DNA of 64,000 bases, from assembly GCA_050633745.1 (NCBI GenBank), contig JBOEHD010000040.1:1435-65434 (forward strand), in the 5' to 3' direction. Every line of letters begins with the position of its first letter. The first letter of the stretch is position 1. This document shows, piece after piece, positions 8,894-18,536 of the stretch. Under the pieces are notes generated by a model. That model saw only the letters and a program-made list of their open reading frames with translations. It was not told where the DNA came from and did no database searches. The position numbers and the translations under genes were made by a program. The stretch is from Acidimicrobiales bacterium (GTDB taxonomy: Bacteria > Actinomycetota > Acidimicrobiia > Acidimicrobiales > SZUA-35).

Positions 8894-10552
8894 CTAGCTG
8901 GCCAGCTCGAGCGTGCCATCGCTGTACTGCTGGCGGCAAAGGTTGCGCTGCAGCTTGCCTGAGCTGGTCTTCGGCAAGGTGCTTGGCTTGACCAGGATGA
9001 CTTCTCGGCACGGCACGCCGACGGTGGCCACCGATCGTTCGCTGACCTCGGTTTTGATCAGTTCGTGGTCGCCATCGGATCGGGTCTCGGCCACGACAAC
9101 AACGTGTTCTTTGCCGTTGCGGCCTGCTGCACCGAAGGCGATCACGTTGCCGGTTCGAATACCGTCGATATCGCCCACTACCCGCTCGATGTCCTGGGGG
9201 TAAACGTTGCGACCGCCGACGATGATCAGATCCTTCATCCGGCCACACATCGCCATCTGTCCGTCGACCATGTATGCCAGGTCGCCGGTCTTAAGCCAGT
9301 CGCCGTCAAAGAGTTCAGCGTTGGCATCGGGCCGCTTGTAGTAGCCGCTGGTGACCGATGTACCGGCGATCTGTAGCTCGCCGACCTGTCGATCGCCGAG
9401 CACCTCAGCCGAGGCCGGGTCGACGATGCGGAACTCAAGGCCGGGGACCGGCGAGCCGAGAAGAACGATTTCGCGCGCCGTTGGGTCGGCGGCATCGACC
9501 GAGCGGGCCACATGTTCGGTTTCGAGCAGCCCAGCGTCGACAAAATCGGTTGCCAGGCCGGTGAGCGGGATCGGGAAGCAGCCTGCTATCGCCACCTCGG
9601 CCATGCCGAAGGCGGGGAAGACAGCACCGGGTCGCATGCCGTGACGCTCGCCCGCTTCGATGAACGAGCGAACGCTTCCCGGGTCGACCGGCTCAGCCCC
9701 GTTGAGGGCGATCCGCAGCGAGGAAAGGTCGAGATCGGTCTTGGCCCTGCGAAGAGCTCGGGTGGCGAGCACGTAGCTGAAGTTCGGTCCGGCCGTCGCC
9801 GTGCCTTTGTAGGTGGAGATCCACTCCATCCAGCGACTGGGCGACGCCAGGAAATCCTGAGGCGCGCCGAGGACCAGATTTAGCCCGCTGGACATCGGCA
9901 AGATGCAGAATCCCACCAGACCCATGTCGTGATAGAGCGGCAGCCAGGAGACCATCACGTCGGTTTCGAAGTCGACCTCGGCCGCTTCGATGATCGCATC
10001 GAGGTTCGCCGCAACCACATGGTTCGGCAGCATCACGCCCTTCGGTTCCGAGGTGGATCCGCTGGTGAACTGCAGAACGAAGAGATCGTCTTCGTGGTAA
10101 TCGGGCCGGATGAACTGGGTGTGGGTCACCCCGTCGAGCTTTGTCAGATCGTCGAGGGAGATCAGCGGCGGATCTTCGGGTGAGATCTCGACAAACGGCG
10201 CCAGGTCGGAGTCGACGATGACGGCGACACAGTCGGCGTTGTGTATCCGAGCCTTTGTTGCCGATGTGAACTCCTCTAGGGAGGCCAACCTCATCGGCAG
10301 CGGGAGAACGACGAGGGTCGCCCCGCAGAGCCAAACCGCTTGGAACGCGGTGACCAGATCGGCGGTCGTCGGACCGAGCACGGCGACGTGATCGCCCCGC
10401 TGGATACCCCGACCTTGCAGTCTGGCGGCCATAGCCTGTGCTTCCAGATGCAACGCAGCCCAACTCTTTGTTACCGGTTCATCGCCGGTAACAAAGGTGA
10501 TGGTGCCTTCGCCCTTCGCCGCATGCTCAATTCTGCCCACAATCGTACGCAT
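8894..10552 (-). CDS. AMP-dependent synthetase/ligase (fatty-acyl-AMP ligase-like adenylating enzyme)
   Basis: AMP-binding core motifs are present: LQFTSGSTSEPKGV (A3), TGDLAY (A8) and a C-terminal SSGKLQR (A10). Confidence 0.85.
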   Translation of the reverse strand: MRTIVGRIEHAAKGEGTITFVTGDEPVTKSWAALHLEAQAMAARLQGRGIQRGDHVAVLGPTTADLVTAFQAVWLCGATLVVLPLPMRLASLEEFTSATKARIHNADCVAVIVDSDLAPFVEISPEDPPLISLDDLTKLDGVTHTQFIRPDYHEDDLFVLQFTSGSTSEPKGVMLPNHVVAANLDAIIEAAEVDFETDVMVSWLPLYHDMGLVGFCILPMSSGLNLVLGAPQDFLASPSRWMEWISTYKGTATAGPNFSYVLATRALRRAKTDLDLSSLRIALNGAEPVDPGSVRSFIEAGERHGMRPGAVFPAFGMAEVAIAGCFPIPLTGLATDFVDAGLLETEHVARSVDAADPTAREIVLLGSPVPGLEFRIVDPASAEVLGDRQVGELQIAGTSVTSGYYKRPDANAELFDGDWLKTGDLAYMVDGQMAMCGRMKDLIIVGGRNVYPQDIERVVGDIDGIRTGNVIAFGAAGRNGKEHVVVVAETRSDGDHELIKTEVSERSVATVGVPCREVILVKPSTLPKTSSGKLQRNLCRQQYSDGTLELAS

Positions 10553-10671
10553 AACGACTTAGACACTAGAGACCCCGAAAGAGTTACGCGCCGGTAACTT
10601 CACCCAAGTTCAACGCCGAAACGCTGCTCACCAGCGGTTTCAGGTATTTCCAGCTGCAAGAGAATTGCCGG

Positions 10672-12003
10672 TCAGTCTCCAAACGCTGCGATTTGGTTAC
10701 CGACCGCCCGGAGTGACCCCGACGGCTGGTTCACGACGCCGCGCTCGGCGATCCACATCGTGCTCGACCCGCCGCCGTCGAGCATCACCGCGTCATAGGC
10801 CCCCAGTTCAGACATCAGCTGGGCTGTCTCGGACCCGGTCATGCCCCGAGCGGTTGAGCTACGGCCATCAACGGTCACCAGAACCAAGACATCGCCACTC
10901 TGATCAAGCCCGATGGCTGTTCTGGGATGGCGGGCGGTGAACGTCGGATCGTTTCCGAAGTCTGTGGTCGTCTCGCCCCGGAACACCAGCGTTGGGTGCC
11001 CCGACACCCCTTCGACCACCCGATCATCGACCGAATCATTGATCTCACGATGGTGCTGGATGACGGCATCGCCCTCGGCGGTAAAGCCAAACAGCGCGGT
11101 GTAGCCGTGGTCTTCGCCGCCGTAGACCACTCCCCCTGAGACCGCCGGGCCGTCATATGGCGAATACCAGTTGCCGTTGACCGCGACGTGGGCTCCGATC
11201 TCGGCTGCATAGCGACCAACCGACGAACGCCCCCGGTCACCGGGGCTGACCTTCACCCCTCGTGTCGCTGAGAGGTGGACATACGCCACGTTGATGCGCT
11301 GGCCATCGGCGACGCGCCGCATGTGCACCAGAGCCGCGGTGACGTAGTCGGGGTCGCCGACGTTCCGGCCGGCGATCCAAGCTTCGAACTCGGCGTCGGA
11401 GATTTCCGATCTGACCCGCAGAGCGGCCGCTCGTTTCGCCGCCTCGGCGTCCGAAAGCAGGGCGGCCTGACGGGCCTGCTCCGCTTTCTGCTGCTCTGCA
11501 GCTGCCAACTCGGCCCGCTGCTGTCGTTCCTGAATCCGGTCTGGTGAGAGTGTCAGTTCAGCGAGCGACGCCCGAAACGAGCGCACTCCCCTGGCCTGGT
11601 ACTCGGGCGAGGCGATGAGGTGGTCAACGACGTCGACCGCCGAGAGGCCGCCGCCGAGCTGGCCGAGCCAGTAGTCGAGGCCCTCGGCATCGGGGGTGCG
11701 TCGGAGCAGCACACAGTACGGCACGGCGACCGATCGGAACGTCGTATCGCCATCCATAACAGCGCCGCCATCCAGCGGAGCGTCATCACATACTTCAATG
11801 GCCTGTTCCAGCCCGCCGACAAAAAGGATGCCCGGTGCCAGCGGCTTGTTTGCAGCGGTCGGGACGATCTGCGCCGGAGCGACCAGCGCCCGATCGACGT
11901 TGGCAACCCGAACCGAGCTCGAAACCGACCGAAGCCCGGTCGGGAACGAAACAACCCACAGAACTAATAGCGCAACAAAGCAGACCCTGAGGCCGCGACC
12001 CAT
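10672..12003 (-). CDS. Secreted phosphodiester glycosidase family protein (DUF2233-like) with N-terminal DUF4214-like segment
   Basis: Signal/anchor sequence MGRGLRVCFVALLVLWVV. The segment RTPDAEGLDYWLGQL is DUF4214-like. The C-terminal GAYDAVMLDGGGSSTMW motif is characteristic of the DUF2233/NAGPA family. Confidence 0.7.
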   Translation of the reverse strand: MGRGLRVCFVALLVLWVVSFPTGLRSVSSSVRVANVDRALVAPAQIVPTAANKPLAPGILFVGGLEQAIEVCDDAPLDGGAVMDGDTTFRSVAVPYCVLLRRTPDAEGLDYWLGQLGGGLSAVDVVDHLIASPEYQARGVRSFRASLAELTLSPDRIQERQQRAELAAAEQQKAEQARQAALLSDAEAAKRAAALRVRSEISDAEFEAWIAGRNVGDPDYVTAALVHMRRVADGQRINVAYVHLSATRGVKVSPGDRGRSSVGRYAAEIGAHVAVNGNWYSPYDGPAVSGGVVYGGEDHGYTALFGFTAEGDAVIQHHREINDSVDDRVVEGVSGHPTLVFRGETTTDFGNDPTFTARHPRTAIGLDQSGDVLVLVTVDGRSSTARGMTGSETAQLMSELGAYDAVMLDGGGSSTMWIAERGVVNQPSGSLRAVGNQIAAFGD

Positions 12004-12114
12004 CCTGTGTCTCTCCCGCCGGCTCCGCCTTTAGGCGCAGCAGTTGACTCACCAACCAGCTAATCGCAGCTGCAGGCGGTCGAGAAGAACAGACTTACCC
12101 TCGAATGGATCTCG

Positions 12115-12136
12115 GTCTAGGCCGAATGGCCTAGAC
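12115..12136 (-). terminator. Stem-loop 10 nt downstream of the thioesterase gene
   Basis: GTCTAGGCC-GAAT-GGCCTAGAC forms a 9-bp perfect stem with a 4-nt loop. No U-tract follows. Confidence 0.4.
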
Positions 12137-12145
12137 GCAAGCTAC

Positions 12146-13042
12146 TCAGGATGTTTCGGGGATCCGGCGGAGCATCGACTCCTGGGCACAGGTCATGATC
12201 AGGGTGCCGTCGGCGGTGTAGATTTCGCCCTCGTTCATACCGCGCCCATCGGTAGCGGCGGTGCTGCGCTGGTCGAACAGCATCCACTGAGACGGGTCGA
12301 CCGTCCGGTGAAACCACACGCTTTGATCGAGGCTGGTCGCCCAGTGGGTTTCCATTGCCAACCCGTACGGCACGACCGAGTTGAACATCAGTGGCCCGTC
12401 GGACAGGAACGCCAACACGATCTGCTGCTGACGGGGCTGCAGCTCTTCGCCTCCTGGTATTCGCATCCAGACTCGCAGGATCGCTTCCCGGTCGGGGTCG
12501 AACTCTCGAAAGCTCGGCGTCGCCCACTCCATGTCAGCCCAGCCGTTCTGCTGCATGGGGAACGGGAAGCGTTCCTCGCCACGAGCGATTCGAGCGTCGA
12601 ACAGCTCCTGGCCCGGTGTGACGACCGGTGCCGTCGGCTGGTGCTCATGGCCTTCTTCCGGCAGCTTGAACGAGGCGATCATGTGGAACGTCTCGGCACC
12701 GTTTTGCCAGCCGGAAATCGTTCGGGCGTCGCTCCCCCGGCCGTTCCTCAGCGAGGTAACCCGGTACTCGATCGGAACCTCCGGATCGCCTTTGCGGAGG
12801 AAGTAGGCGTGGAACGAATGAGCCATCTTCGGCTCGTCTACCGTGGCCAGTCCAGCGGCGAGCGCTTGACCGAGAAAGTGCCCACCGTAGATGCCCATCG
12901 CCCCGTAGGGATTTGCTAGGCCGACGAAGACCATGTGGTCCTCGGTCGGGCTCGGCGTCATCACGTCGATCAGCGAAAGGTCGGCATTGGGGCTGGTGGC
13001 CAGAATCTGTTCGTTAAATGGCGCTCCGGCCGTTTCGGTCAT
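12146..13042 (-). CDS. tesB: Acyl-CoA thioesterase II (double hot-dog)
   Basis: The sequence GLANPYGAMGIYGGHFLGQALAAGLATV...AHSFHAYFLRKGDPEVPIEYRV...LRNGRGSDARTI is typical of TesB. ATG 13042 is preceded by GGGAG. The longer ORF to 13183 was rejected. Confidence 0.85.
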   Translation of the reverse strand: MTETAGAPFNEQILATSPNADLSLIDVMTPSPTEDHMVFVGLANPYGAMGIYGGHFLGQALAAGLATVDEPKMAHSFHAYFLRKGDPEVPIEYRVTSLRNGRGSDARTISGWQNGAETFHMIASFKLPEEGHEHQPTAPVVTPGQELFDARIARGEERFPFPMQQNGWADMEWATPSFREFDPDREAILRVWMRIPGGEELQPRQQQIVLAFLSDGPLMFNSVVPYGLAMETHWATSLDQSVWFHRTVDPSQWMLFDQRSTAATDGRGMNEGEIYTADGTLIMTCAQESMLRRIPETS

Positions 13043-13191
13043 CGTGATCTCCCTTTTAACGAACTCTACGGTGAACGGCAGCCCATCGATGCACAGACCA
13101 ACAAGTCGACCTACACCGCGGTCACCACCCTCGTTTCCCAACCTGAGTGGCCATTTATGACTGTGGCGGACGAGGTAGTACAAAGGGGATT

Positions 13192-14022
13192 ATGTCTGAA
13201 GCAGCAGCTGATCAATCTAGCGAGACCGACGTCGTCGAAGTGACCCAGGAAGGGCGAGTTCGCACTATTCGGCTCAACCGCCCAAAGAAGATGAACGCCA
13301 TCTCCGAACAGCTGGCATGGGCGGTCCTGGATGCGGTAGATGATGCCAAGAACGATGACGACACCTGGATTATTGGGCTGACAGGAACCGGCAGAGCCTT
13401 TTGCGCTGGCCTCGACCTCACCGGCGATCGCAGCGTCGACCACTCCGGGATGACCACCCAGAACTCGCTGCTCGACGACCTCGGCTGGGTCAGCCGTTTC
13501 TGCTCCGACCTGCGTTACGGCTGCGACAAGCCGATCGTTGCCGGCATCAACGGCGTTGCGGTCGGCGCCGGACTTTCCCTTGCCCTGGCCGCCGACATTC
13601 GCCTGATGGCCCGCAGCGCCCGCCTGATGGCCGGCTACCCCCGCATCGGCGGATCGCCAGACGGCGGCATGTCATACACCCTCAGCCAACTGGTTGGCTA
13701 CGAGCAGGCCATGCGCTTTCTACTTGAGAACCGCACGGTCGAGGGCGACGAGGCTCACTCGATGGGCCTCGTCGGCGAGGTTGTCGATGACGACGCCTTC
13801 GACGCACGTTTCGCCGCCTACTGCCAGCAACTGGCCATGATCTCCCCCATCACCGGTCGCTCGACGAAACGAGTCGTGCGCGAGGCCACCGCCCACCGAG
13901 ACCTGGAGGGTCAGCTTCGTTACGAACTGCACCACATTCGTCGGGCGTTCGGCAGCGACGATGGACAGGAAGCACGCGCCGCATTCTTGGAAAAGCGCGA
14001 CCCCGAATTCAAGGGCAGCTGA
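13192..14022 (+). CDS. Enoyl-CoA hydratase/isomerase (crotonase) family protein
   Basis: Motifs RLNRPKKMNAIS, GTGRAFCAGLDL and AGINGVAVGAGLSLALAAD match the oxyanion-hole segments. The ATG at 13192 (MSEAAAD) is preferred over 13147. Confidence 0.85.
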   Translation: MSEAAADQSSETDVVEVTQEGRVRTIRLNRPKKMNAISEQLAWAVLDAVDDAKNDDDTWIIGLTGTGRAFCAGLDLTGDRSVDHSGMTTQNSLLDDLGWVSRFCSDLRYGCDKPIVAGINGVAVGAGLSLALAADIRLMARSARLMAGYPRIGGSPDGGMSYTLSQLVGYEQAMRFLLENRTVEGDEAHSMGLVGEVVDDDAFDARFAAYCQQLAMISPITGRSTKRVVREATAHRDLEGQLRYELHHIRRAFGSDDGQEARAAFLEKRDPEFKGS

Positions 14023-14109
14023 GCTAGCGGCTCGGTGCAACCGACCCAGGAACTCAGAGGCAGCTGACCCGGCGACTCAGATCGATCCGAGCCGCCGGCA
14101 GCAACATCG

Positions 14110-15195
14110 TTAGGCCGGCATTCCAAGGCGTTCAACGGCGGGCGCCAGCGCCTGCAGCTCAGGCATGACCTCGGCGGCGAATAGCTTGGCGTTTCGCTCC
14201 GCCTCATCTGCGGGCATTCCGGCGTAGCTGAACACGCCCATGAAGCCATCGTTGTGGGTGTTCTCCTGAATCTTCATCACCCGCTCGATCACCTGCTCGG
14301 GGGTTCCCCACACCTGTAGATCGACGAAGAAGTCGGTCATCTTCTCCATGCCGTTCGGCCGGTTGAGCAGGTCATACATCTGACCGTGGAACTCGTATCC
14401 GGGGGTGTTCTTCAGGTGATCCTTGTCGAACTCGTAGTGCTCGATGATCGTGTCCCAGTAGCCGCCGATGTACTTGCGGGCCATTTCTTCTGCCCGGTCG
14501 GCCGACGAGTCGACGAAGGTCCAGCCTGCGACGTAGGGAGCTGGCGGCTCAGCACCGGTGGCTTCCCGGAACGTGGTGCGGTAGGTCTGAAGCTCTTCGC
14601 GGACAAGGGCCCAGGGCTTCTGCGGCACGATGAGGAGGCCGACACCCATCTTGGCCATTATTTCGGCCGACTCGGTGGACACCGCTGCAGCGTATGCACG
14701 ACCCCGGAAGCTGTGTTCGGGGCGAGGGCGCAGGTCCTTGCGGGGCTGGCGCACGTACTGGCCATCGAACTCGCAATAACCCTGCTCCAGACCGGTCAAA
14801 ATCATCTCCGCTGATTCGGCGAATCGGCCGCGGGCTTCGGGCATGTCGACTCGGAACCCTTCGAACTCGACCCGGCCAGTCCCCCGGCCCATGCCAAGGA
14901 CCACGCGACCGCCCGACATTACGTCGAGCATGGCGATCTGTTCGGCCACTCGCATCGGATCGTGCCACGGCAGAACGCAGACCATCGAGCCAAGCTTGAT
15001 GTTCTCGGTGCAGGCCGCCATGTAGGTCAGGAACTGCATCACATCGGGACACATCGTGTAGTCGGTGAAGTGGTGCTCGACACTCCAGATCGAGTCAAAG
15101 CCCAACGGTTCGGCCTGTCTGGCCAGAGCCAGATCCTGGGCGTAGACCTGTGAGTCCGGGATTGCTCCACCGGGATTTTGGAAGATAACGGACAT
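14110..15195 (-). CDS. LLM class flavin-dependent oxidoreductase (luciferase-like monooxygenase)
   Basis: Sequence MSVIFQNPGG...PLGFDSIWSVEHHFTDYTMCPD...GRVVLGMGRGTGRVEF. The ORF-track N-terminal extension to 15513 is low-GC and non-protein-like. The start is ATG 15195 or 15207. Confidence 0.85.
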   Translation of the reverse strand: MSVIFQNPGGAIPDSQVYAQDLALARQAEPLGFDSIWSVEHHFTDYTMCPDVMQFLTYMAACTENIKLGSMVCVLPWHDPMRVAEQIAMLDVMSGGRVVLGMGRGTGRVEFEGFRVDMPEARGRFAESAEMILTGLEQGYCEFDGQYVRQPRKDLRPRPEHSFRGRAYAAAVSTESAEIMAKMGVGLLIVPQKPWALVREELQTYRTTFREATGAEPPAPYVAGWTFVDSSADRAEEMARKYIGGYWDTIIEHYEFDKDHLKNTPGYEFHGQMYDLLNRPNGMEKMTDFFVDLQVWGTPEQVIERVMKIQENTHNDGFMGVFSYAGMPADEAERNAKLFAAEVMPELQALAPAVERLGMPA

Positions 15196-15568
15196 TCCTA
15201 CATGCATGCTGGTCCCCTGCCTCGCGCCTAACGGCTCGCTCGATCCTCGCGTTGAGAGATACTGCCCTGAAAGATACTTCAGCCGATGGCCCCGATCCCA
15301 AACCGCTACACCGATGCGCTGCCTCCACCTTTCGTGCCGCCTTGCCCTTTCACAGAAATGTCTATACGACGAGAGCAGCTGTAGTACACATATTCGCATA
15401 CCGAACCGAGGGAACACTTCAAGTTGAACCGATACAGTCTGTGTCCAACATTTGCGTCTCGCACACTCGTCGAACCCTTGTTGAGAGCTACCTAGCGCAA
15501 CAAGCAGCGACAATCATAGCAATGCTACCCAAAGCAAGTTGCTGAATTAGCCTCAATAAATTCCTTCG

Positions 15569-15583
15569 AAATGTTCAACATTT
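15569..15583. promoter_or_regulatory. 15-bp perfect palindrome (possible operator) about 40 bp upstream of the Thr/Pro-rich gene
   Basis: AAATGTT-C-AACATTT. A related half-site CCAACATTTG occurs about 125 bp upstream. Both lie in a relatively AT-rich intergenic region of about 415 bp. Confidence 0.3.
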
Positions 15584-15622
15584 ACTGGCCATCGGGGTGG
15601 TTTTGCGCGATCCTCGGCAGAT

Positions 15623-17005
15623 ATGTCAGACGACCCGCCGGTACCAGATTTCGTCGACACAGCCGAATTCCCCCTCGATGAGTTAAACCGCCAACTGCGG
15701 GCCCTGCCCCCGCCGGCAGTCCCTCTCGCGCCCGAAGATCCGCCCGACACGCTTTTTGGCCATACCCGCCACGTCACGCTCGGGCCACCAGCGGCGCCAG
15801 CGGCGGAAGACGGTGTCATTCTTGAGGGATCCGAGCGCACTTTCGCCGAGCGCATGCGGCCCACCAAGTCCATCGACAGCGTCAAGCTGTTCATGGCCAG
15901 CAGCCGAGACCACGCCTCGCCGCTGTATCGCAGGCAGGGCACACTGGCGGCCCTTGGTCTGTGTGTGCTGGCCGGGATCGTCGTTTTCTCGTTCCCCCGA
16001 TCGAGTCAGTCGTTGAGTTCCGATGTGCAAGTCCGGACAGAGACCATCGACCCGGCCGGCCCGATCGGGGCGGGCAACGAGTCTGACTCCATCGATGTGC
16101 TCGGCAAAGGTAAGACCTTCGATGCTGCAACCCCCGCTGCCTCGACCAGCCAAACAGCGCCGGACCCCACGGCCGCTCCCTCGCCAAGCGGCCAAAGCGC
16201 TTCGCAACAACCTGAGCGTTCCCAACTGCCAACCGAGATCGCCGCTCCGGCCGCCGTCGAACCTTCAACCACCGCTTCGACACCTGTGGTTGAGCCGACC
16301 GAGCCGCCAACCTCAGCGCCACTAGCCAGCACCACCGCGCTGCCGACCGTTTCGACCACCGCCCCAACGCTTGCGACAACAGCCACAACCCAACCGACGA
16401 CACGGCCAACCACGACAACGACCAGGCGGGCCACCACCAGCACCTTCACCGTCCGGATCTCGACGACGACGAATCGTCGACCGACGACTACTCCAACCAC
16501 CGTCCGCTCTTCCAGTTCGAGCACGGCGGCAACAACAACGACAAGACCGACAACAAGACCAACGACGCGGCCGACGACAACGAGACGGCCGACCACCACC
16601 ACACGACCAACCACTACAACGACGACAAGACCTACGACGACAAGGCCTACGACGACAACAAGCGACTCGACCACGACCACATCTACGTCGACGACCACCT
16701 CTACCTCAACCAGCAGCAGCACGAGCACGACGGCCTCGACGGTGGTGACGACCTCAACAACCGAGGGTCCGATCGAGGTGACAACCAGCCAACCGCCGGT
16801 GGCCAACTGCACGCCGATCACCACCACCACCCGACTCATTACTCTGCTCCCACCGCGGCCGACTACGACCGAGTGCCCGCCGATCGAGACGCTGCCTCCG
16901 CGAGGCAGAGAGGGGGCGACCGCCTCTCCCGACGTCACCAGCAGATCGACTACCAGGTCGACACTTAGTTCGACCGCCGACGGCGTTTCCGGCGATCTCG
17001 ACTAG
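15623..17005 (+). CDS. Membrane-anchored Thr/Pro/Ser-rich low-complexity protein (hypothetical, mucin-like ectodomain)
   Basis: The N-terminal roughly 110 aa is followed by a TM helix (LAALGLCVLAGIVVFSF). Then comes a long A/P/T/S-rich region with TTRPTT repeats and a Cys-containing C-terminus. The opposite-strand V-rich ORF is a shadow. Confidence 0.6.
   Translation: MSDDPPVPDFVDTAEFPLDELNRQLRALPPPAVPLAPEDPPDTLFGHTRHVTLGPPAAPAAEDGVILEGSERTFAERMRPTKSIDSVKLFMASSRDHASPLYRRQGTLAALGLCVLAGIVVFSFPRSSQSLSSDVQVRTETIDPAGPIGAGNESDSIDVLGKGKTFDAATPAASTSQTAPDPTAAPSPSGQSASQQPERSQLPTEIAAPAAVEPSTTASTPVVEPTEPPTSAPLASTTALPTVSTTAPTLATTATTQPTTRPTTTTTRRATTSTFTVRISTTTNRRPTTTPTTVRSSSSSTAATTTTRPTTRPTTRPTTTRRPTTTTRPTTTTTTRPTTTRPTTTTSDSTTTTSTSTTTSTSTSSSTSTTASTVVTTSTTEGPIEVTTSQPPVANCTPITTTTRLITLLPPRPTTTECPPIETLPPRGREGATASPDVTSRSTTRSTLSSTADGVSGDLD
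16370..16763 (+). repeat. Coding low-complexity repeat (ACG/ACC/ACA-rich, encodes TTRPTT and TSTSTT runs)
   Basis: The encoded peptide reads TTTRPTTRPTTRPTTTRRPTTTTRPTTTTTTRPTTTRPTTTTSDSTTTTSTSTTTSTSTSSSTSTT. Confidence 0.7.
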
Positions 17006-17010
17006 TCGTA

Positions 17011-18486
17011 CTAGTACGGCAGGTCGCCGACGGCCTGTTGCAGCTCGAGCAATCCGGCTTGGAGTTCGGCGGTCAGCTGCGCCATGCCCGGCTGGCCGAA
17101 CAGATTGTTGACCTCGCCGGGATCGGCGTTCAGGTCGAACAGTTCCCACTCCACCGCGTTGCTGGGGCCATTGGCTCCCGGCTGGTCGAGCGGATCGTTG
17201 TAGTAGCAGATCAGTTTGTGGTCTTTGGTGCGGATGCCGTAGTGGGCCGGGCAGCCGTGCGACGAGTCGTTGTGCATCCAGTACCGGTAGTACATGGCTT
17301 GCGGCCAGTCATCGGGAACCTCGCCTCGCAGCAGCGGCTTGAACGAACGGCCCTGAACGGTGGAGGGCAAGCCGGGCTCGCCTGCGACAGCTGCCAGATC
17401 GAGGAAGGTGGCTGCGAAGTCGACGTTGACCACGATTTCGTCGCATACCGAGCCAGGATCGACCAGCGCCGGATAGCGGATGAGTAGCGGCATGGCCAGC
17501 GACTCTTCATACATGAGGCGCTTATCGAACCAGCCATGGTCGCCGAGAAAGAAACCCTGGTCGGAGGTGTAGACGACGATCGTGTTTTCGGCCTGGCCTG
17601 TTTCGTCGAGCCAGTCGAGCATTCGTCCGACGTTTTCGTCGATCGAGGCCACCACCCGCAGGTAGTCCTTGATGTAGCGCTGATAGCGCCAGTCGATTTC
17701 CTCATCAAAGGTCAGCCCCGGCGGCACAACAGCCTTGAGGTCGACGATCGGGTCGAGGTCCATCATTCGCATTCTCACCGCCTGGACCACCTCGGCCCGC
17801 CCCTGGAGGTCGTCACGGAACGTATCGGGAAACGGGATCTCGACGTCGTCATACATGGTGAAGTGTTTGGCGTCCGGCTCCCAGGAACGATGCGGGGCCT
17901 TGTGGTGGCAAAACATAGCCCAGGGAGGTGACTCACCGGCCCCAACTTCAGACCCGGTTTCGGGCCCGCTGGTGCTTTGCAATTGCGCAAGTTGTTCGAG
18001 ATGTTCGAGATGTTCAAGGCAATCGTCGGTGATCAGGTCGGTCACATAGCCGCCCCGCTCGATGACCGCGCCTTCGGAATCGAGAAACACCGGGTTGTGG
18101 TAGTGGCCCTGGCCGGGCAGCACCCGCCAGTAATCGAAGCCGGCGGGATCGGCCCCTTCGCCATGACCGAGATGCCACTTGCCGAACAGCGAGGTTCGAT
18201 AGCCTGCGGCTTGCAATGCCTGAGGGAAGGTCCAGAGGCTGTTGTCGAGCGGCGCGTCGAGCGTGGTCACACCGTTGATGTGGTTGTAGGTGCCGGTCAG
18301 GATCGCCGCCCGGCTTGGGGCGCAGATGGAGTTGGTGCAGAACGCAGCGTCGAACCGCATCCCCTCAACGGCTAGCCGATCCAGGTTCGGCGTTTCGTTG
18401 ATCCGGCTGCCGTAGGCCGAGATGGCGTGGGCAGCATGATCGTCGCTCATGATAAACAGCAGGTTCGGCCGGCGAGGAGGGTCCAT
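17011..18486 (-). CDS. Sulfatase family protein (formylglycine-dependent, Cys-type)
   Basis: LLFIMSDDHAAHAISAYG and the CAPSRAAILTG (C-x-P-x-R) signature are present, along with the downstream GKWHLG motif. Confidence 0.9.
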   Translation of the reverse strand: MDPPRRPNLLFIMSDDHAAHAISAYGSRINETPNLDRLAVEGMRFDAAFCTNSICAPSRAAILTGTYNHINGVTTLDAPLDNSLWTFPQALQAAGYRTSLFGKWHLGHGEGADPAGFDYWRVLPGQGHYHNPVFLDSEGAVIERGGYVTDLITDDCLEHLEHLEQLAQLQSTSGPETGSEVGAGESPPWAMFCHHKAPHRSWEPDAKHFTMYDDVEIPFPDTFRDDLQGRAEVVQAVRMRMMDLDPIVDLKAVVPPGLTFDEEIDWRYQRYIKDYLRVVASIDENVGRMLDWLDETGQAENTIVVYTSDQGFFLGDHGWFDKRLMYEESLAMPLLIRYPALVDPGSVCDEIVVNVDFAATFLDLAAVAGEPGLPSTVQGRSFKPLLRGEVPDDWPQAMYYRYWMHNDSSHGCPAHYGIRTKDHKLICYYNDPLDQPGANGPSNAVEWELFDLNADPGEVNNLFGQPGMAQLTAELQAGLLELQQAVGDLPY

Positions 18487-18536
18487 ACGTTCGTTGTACC
18501 ACCAGTCTTTAGAGTCCAGCCGGTGGCAAGACTAGT

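Noticed and set aside
14027-14096. Long-range complementary arms GCGGCTCGG / CCGAGCCGC between convergent genes
   Set aside because: A loop of about 50 nt and only 9 bp of pairing make this no better than chance in GC-rich DNA. I did not call it a terminator.
14110-15513. Long N-terminal extensions offered by the ORF track (also 5627..6973, 8331..9248, 12146..13183, 26804..27943, 55889..57361, 57238..58938 and 2144..4174)
   Set aside because: The extensions overlap neighbouring genes or run through AT-richer, non-protein-like sequence. Internal starts with SD-like sequences or stop-start overlaps give proteins that begin where family homology begins.
16006-16938. 310-aa minus-strand ORF rich in Val and Gly
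   Set aside because: It is the mirror image of the Thr/Pro codon repeats (ACC/ACG read as GGT/CGT/GTN). It has no start context and is purely compositional.
17011-18486. Sulfatase without an adjacent formylglycine-generating enzyme or anaerobic maturase
   Set aside because: Maturases are frequently encoded elsewhere in the genome, so absence from a 64-kb window is not informative.
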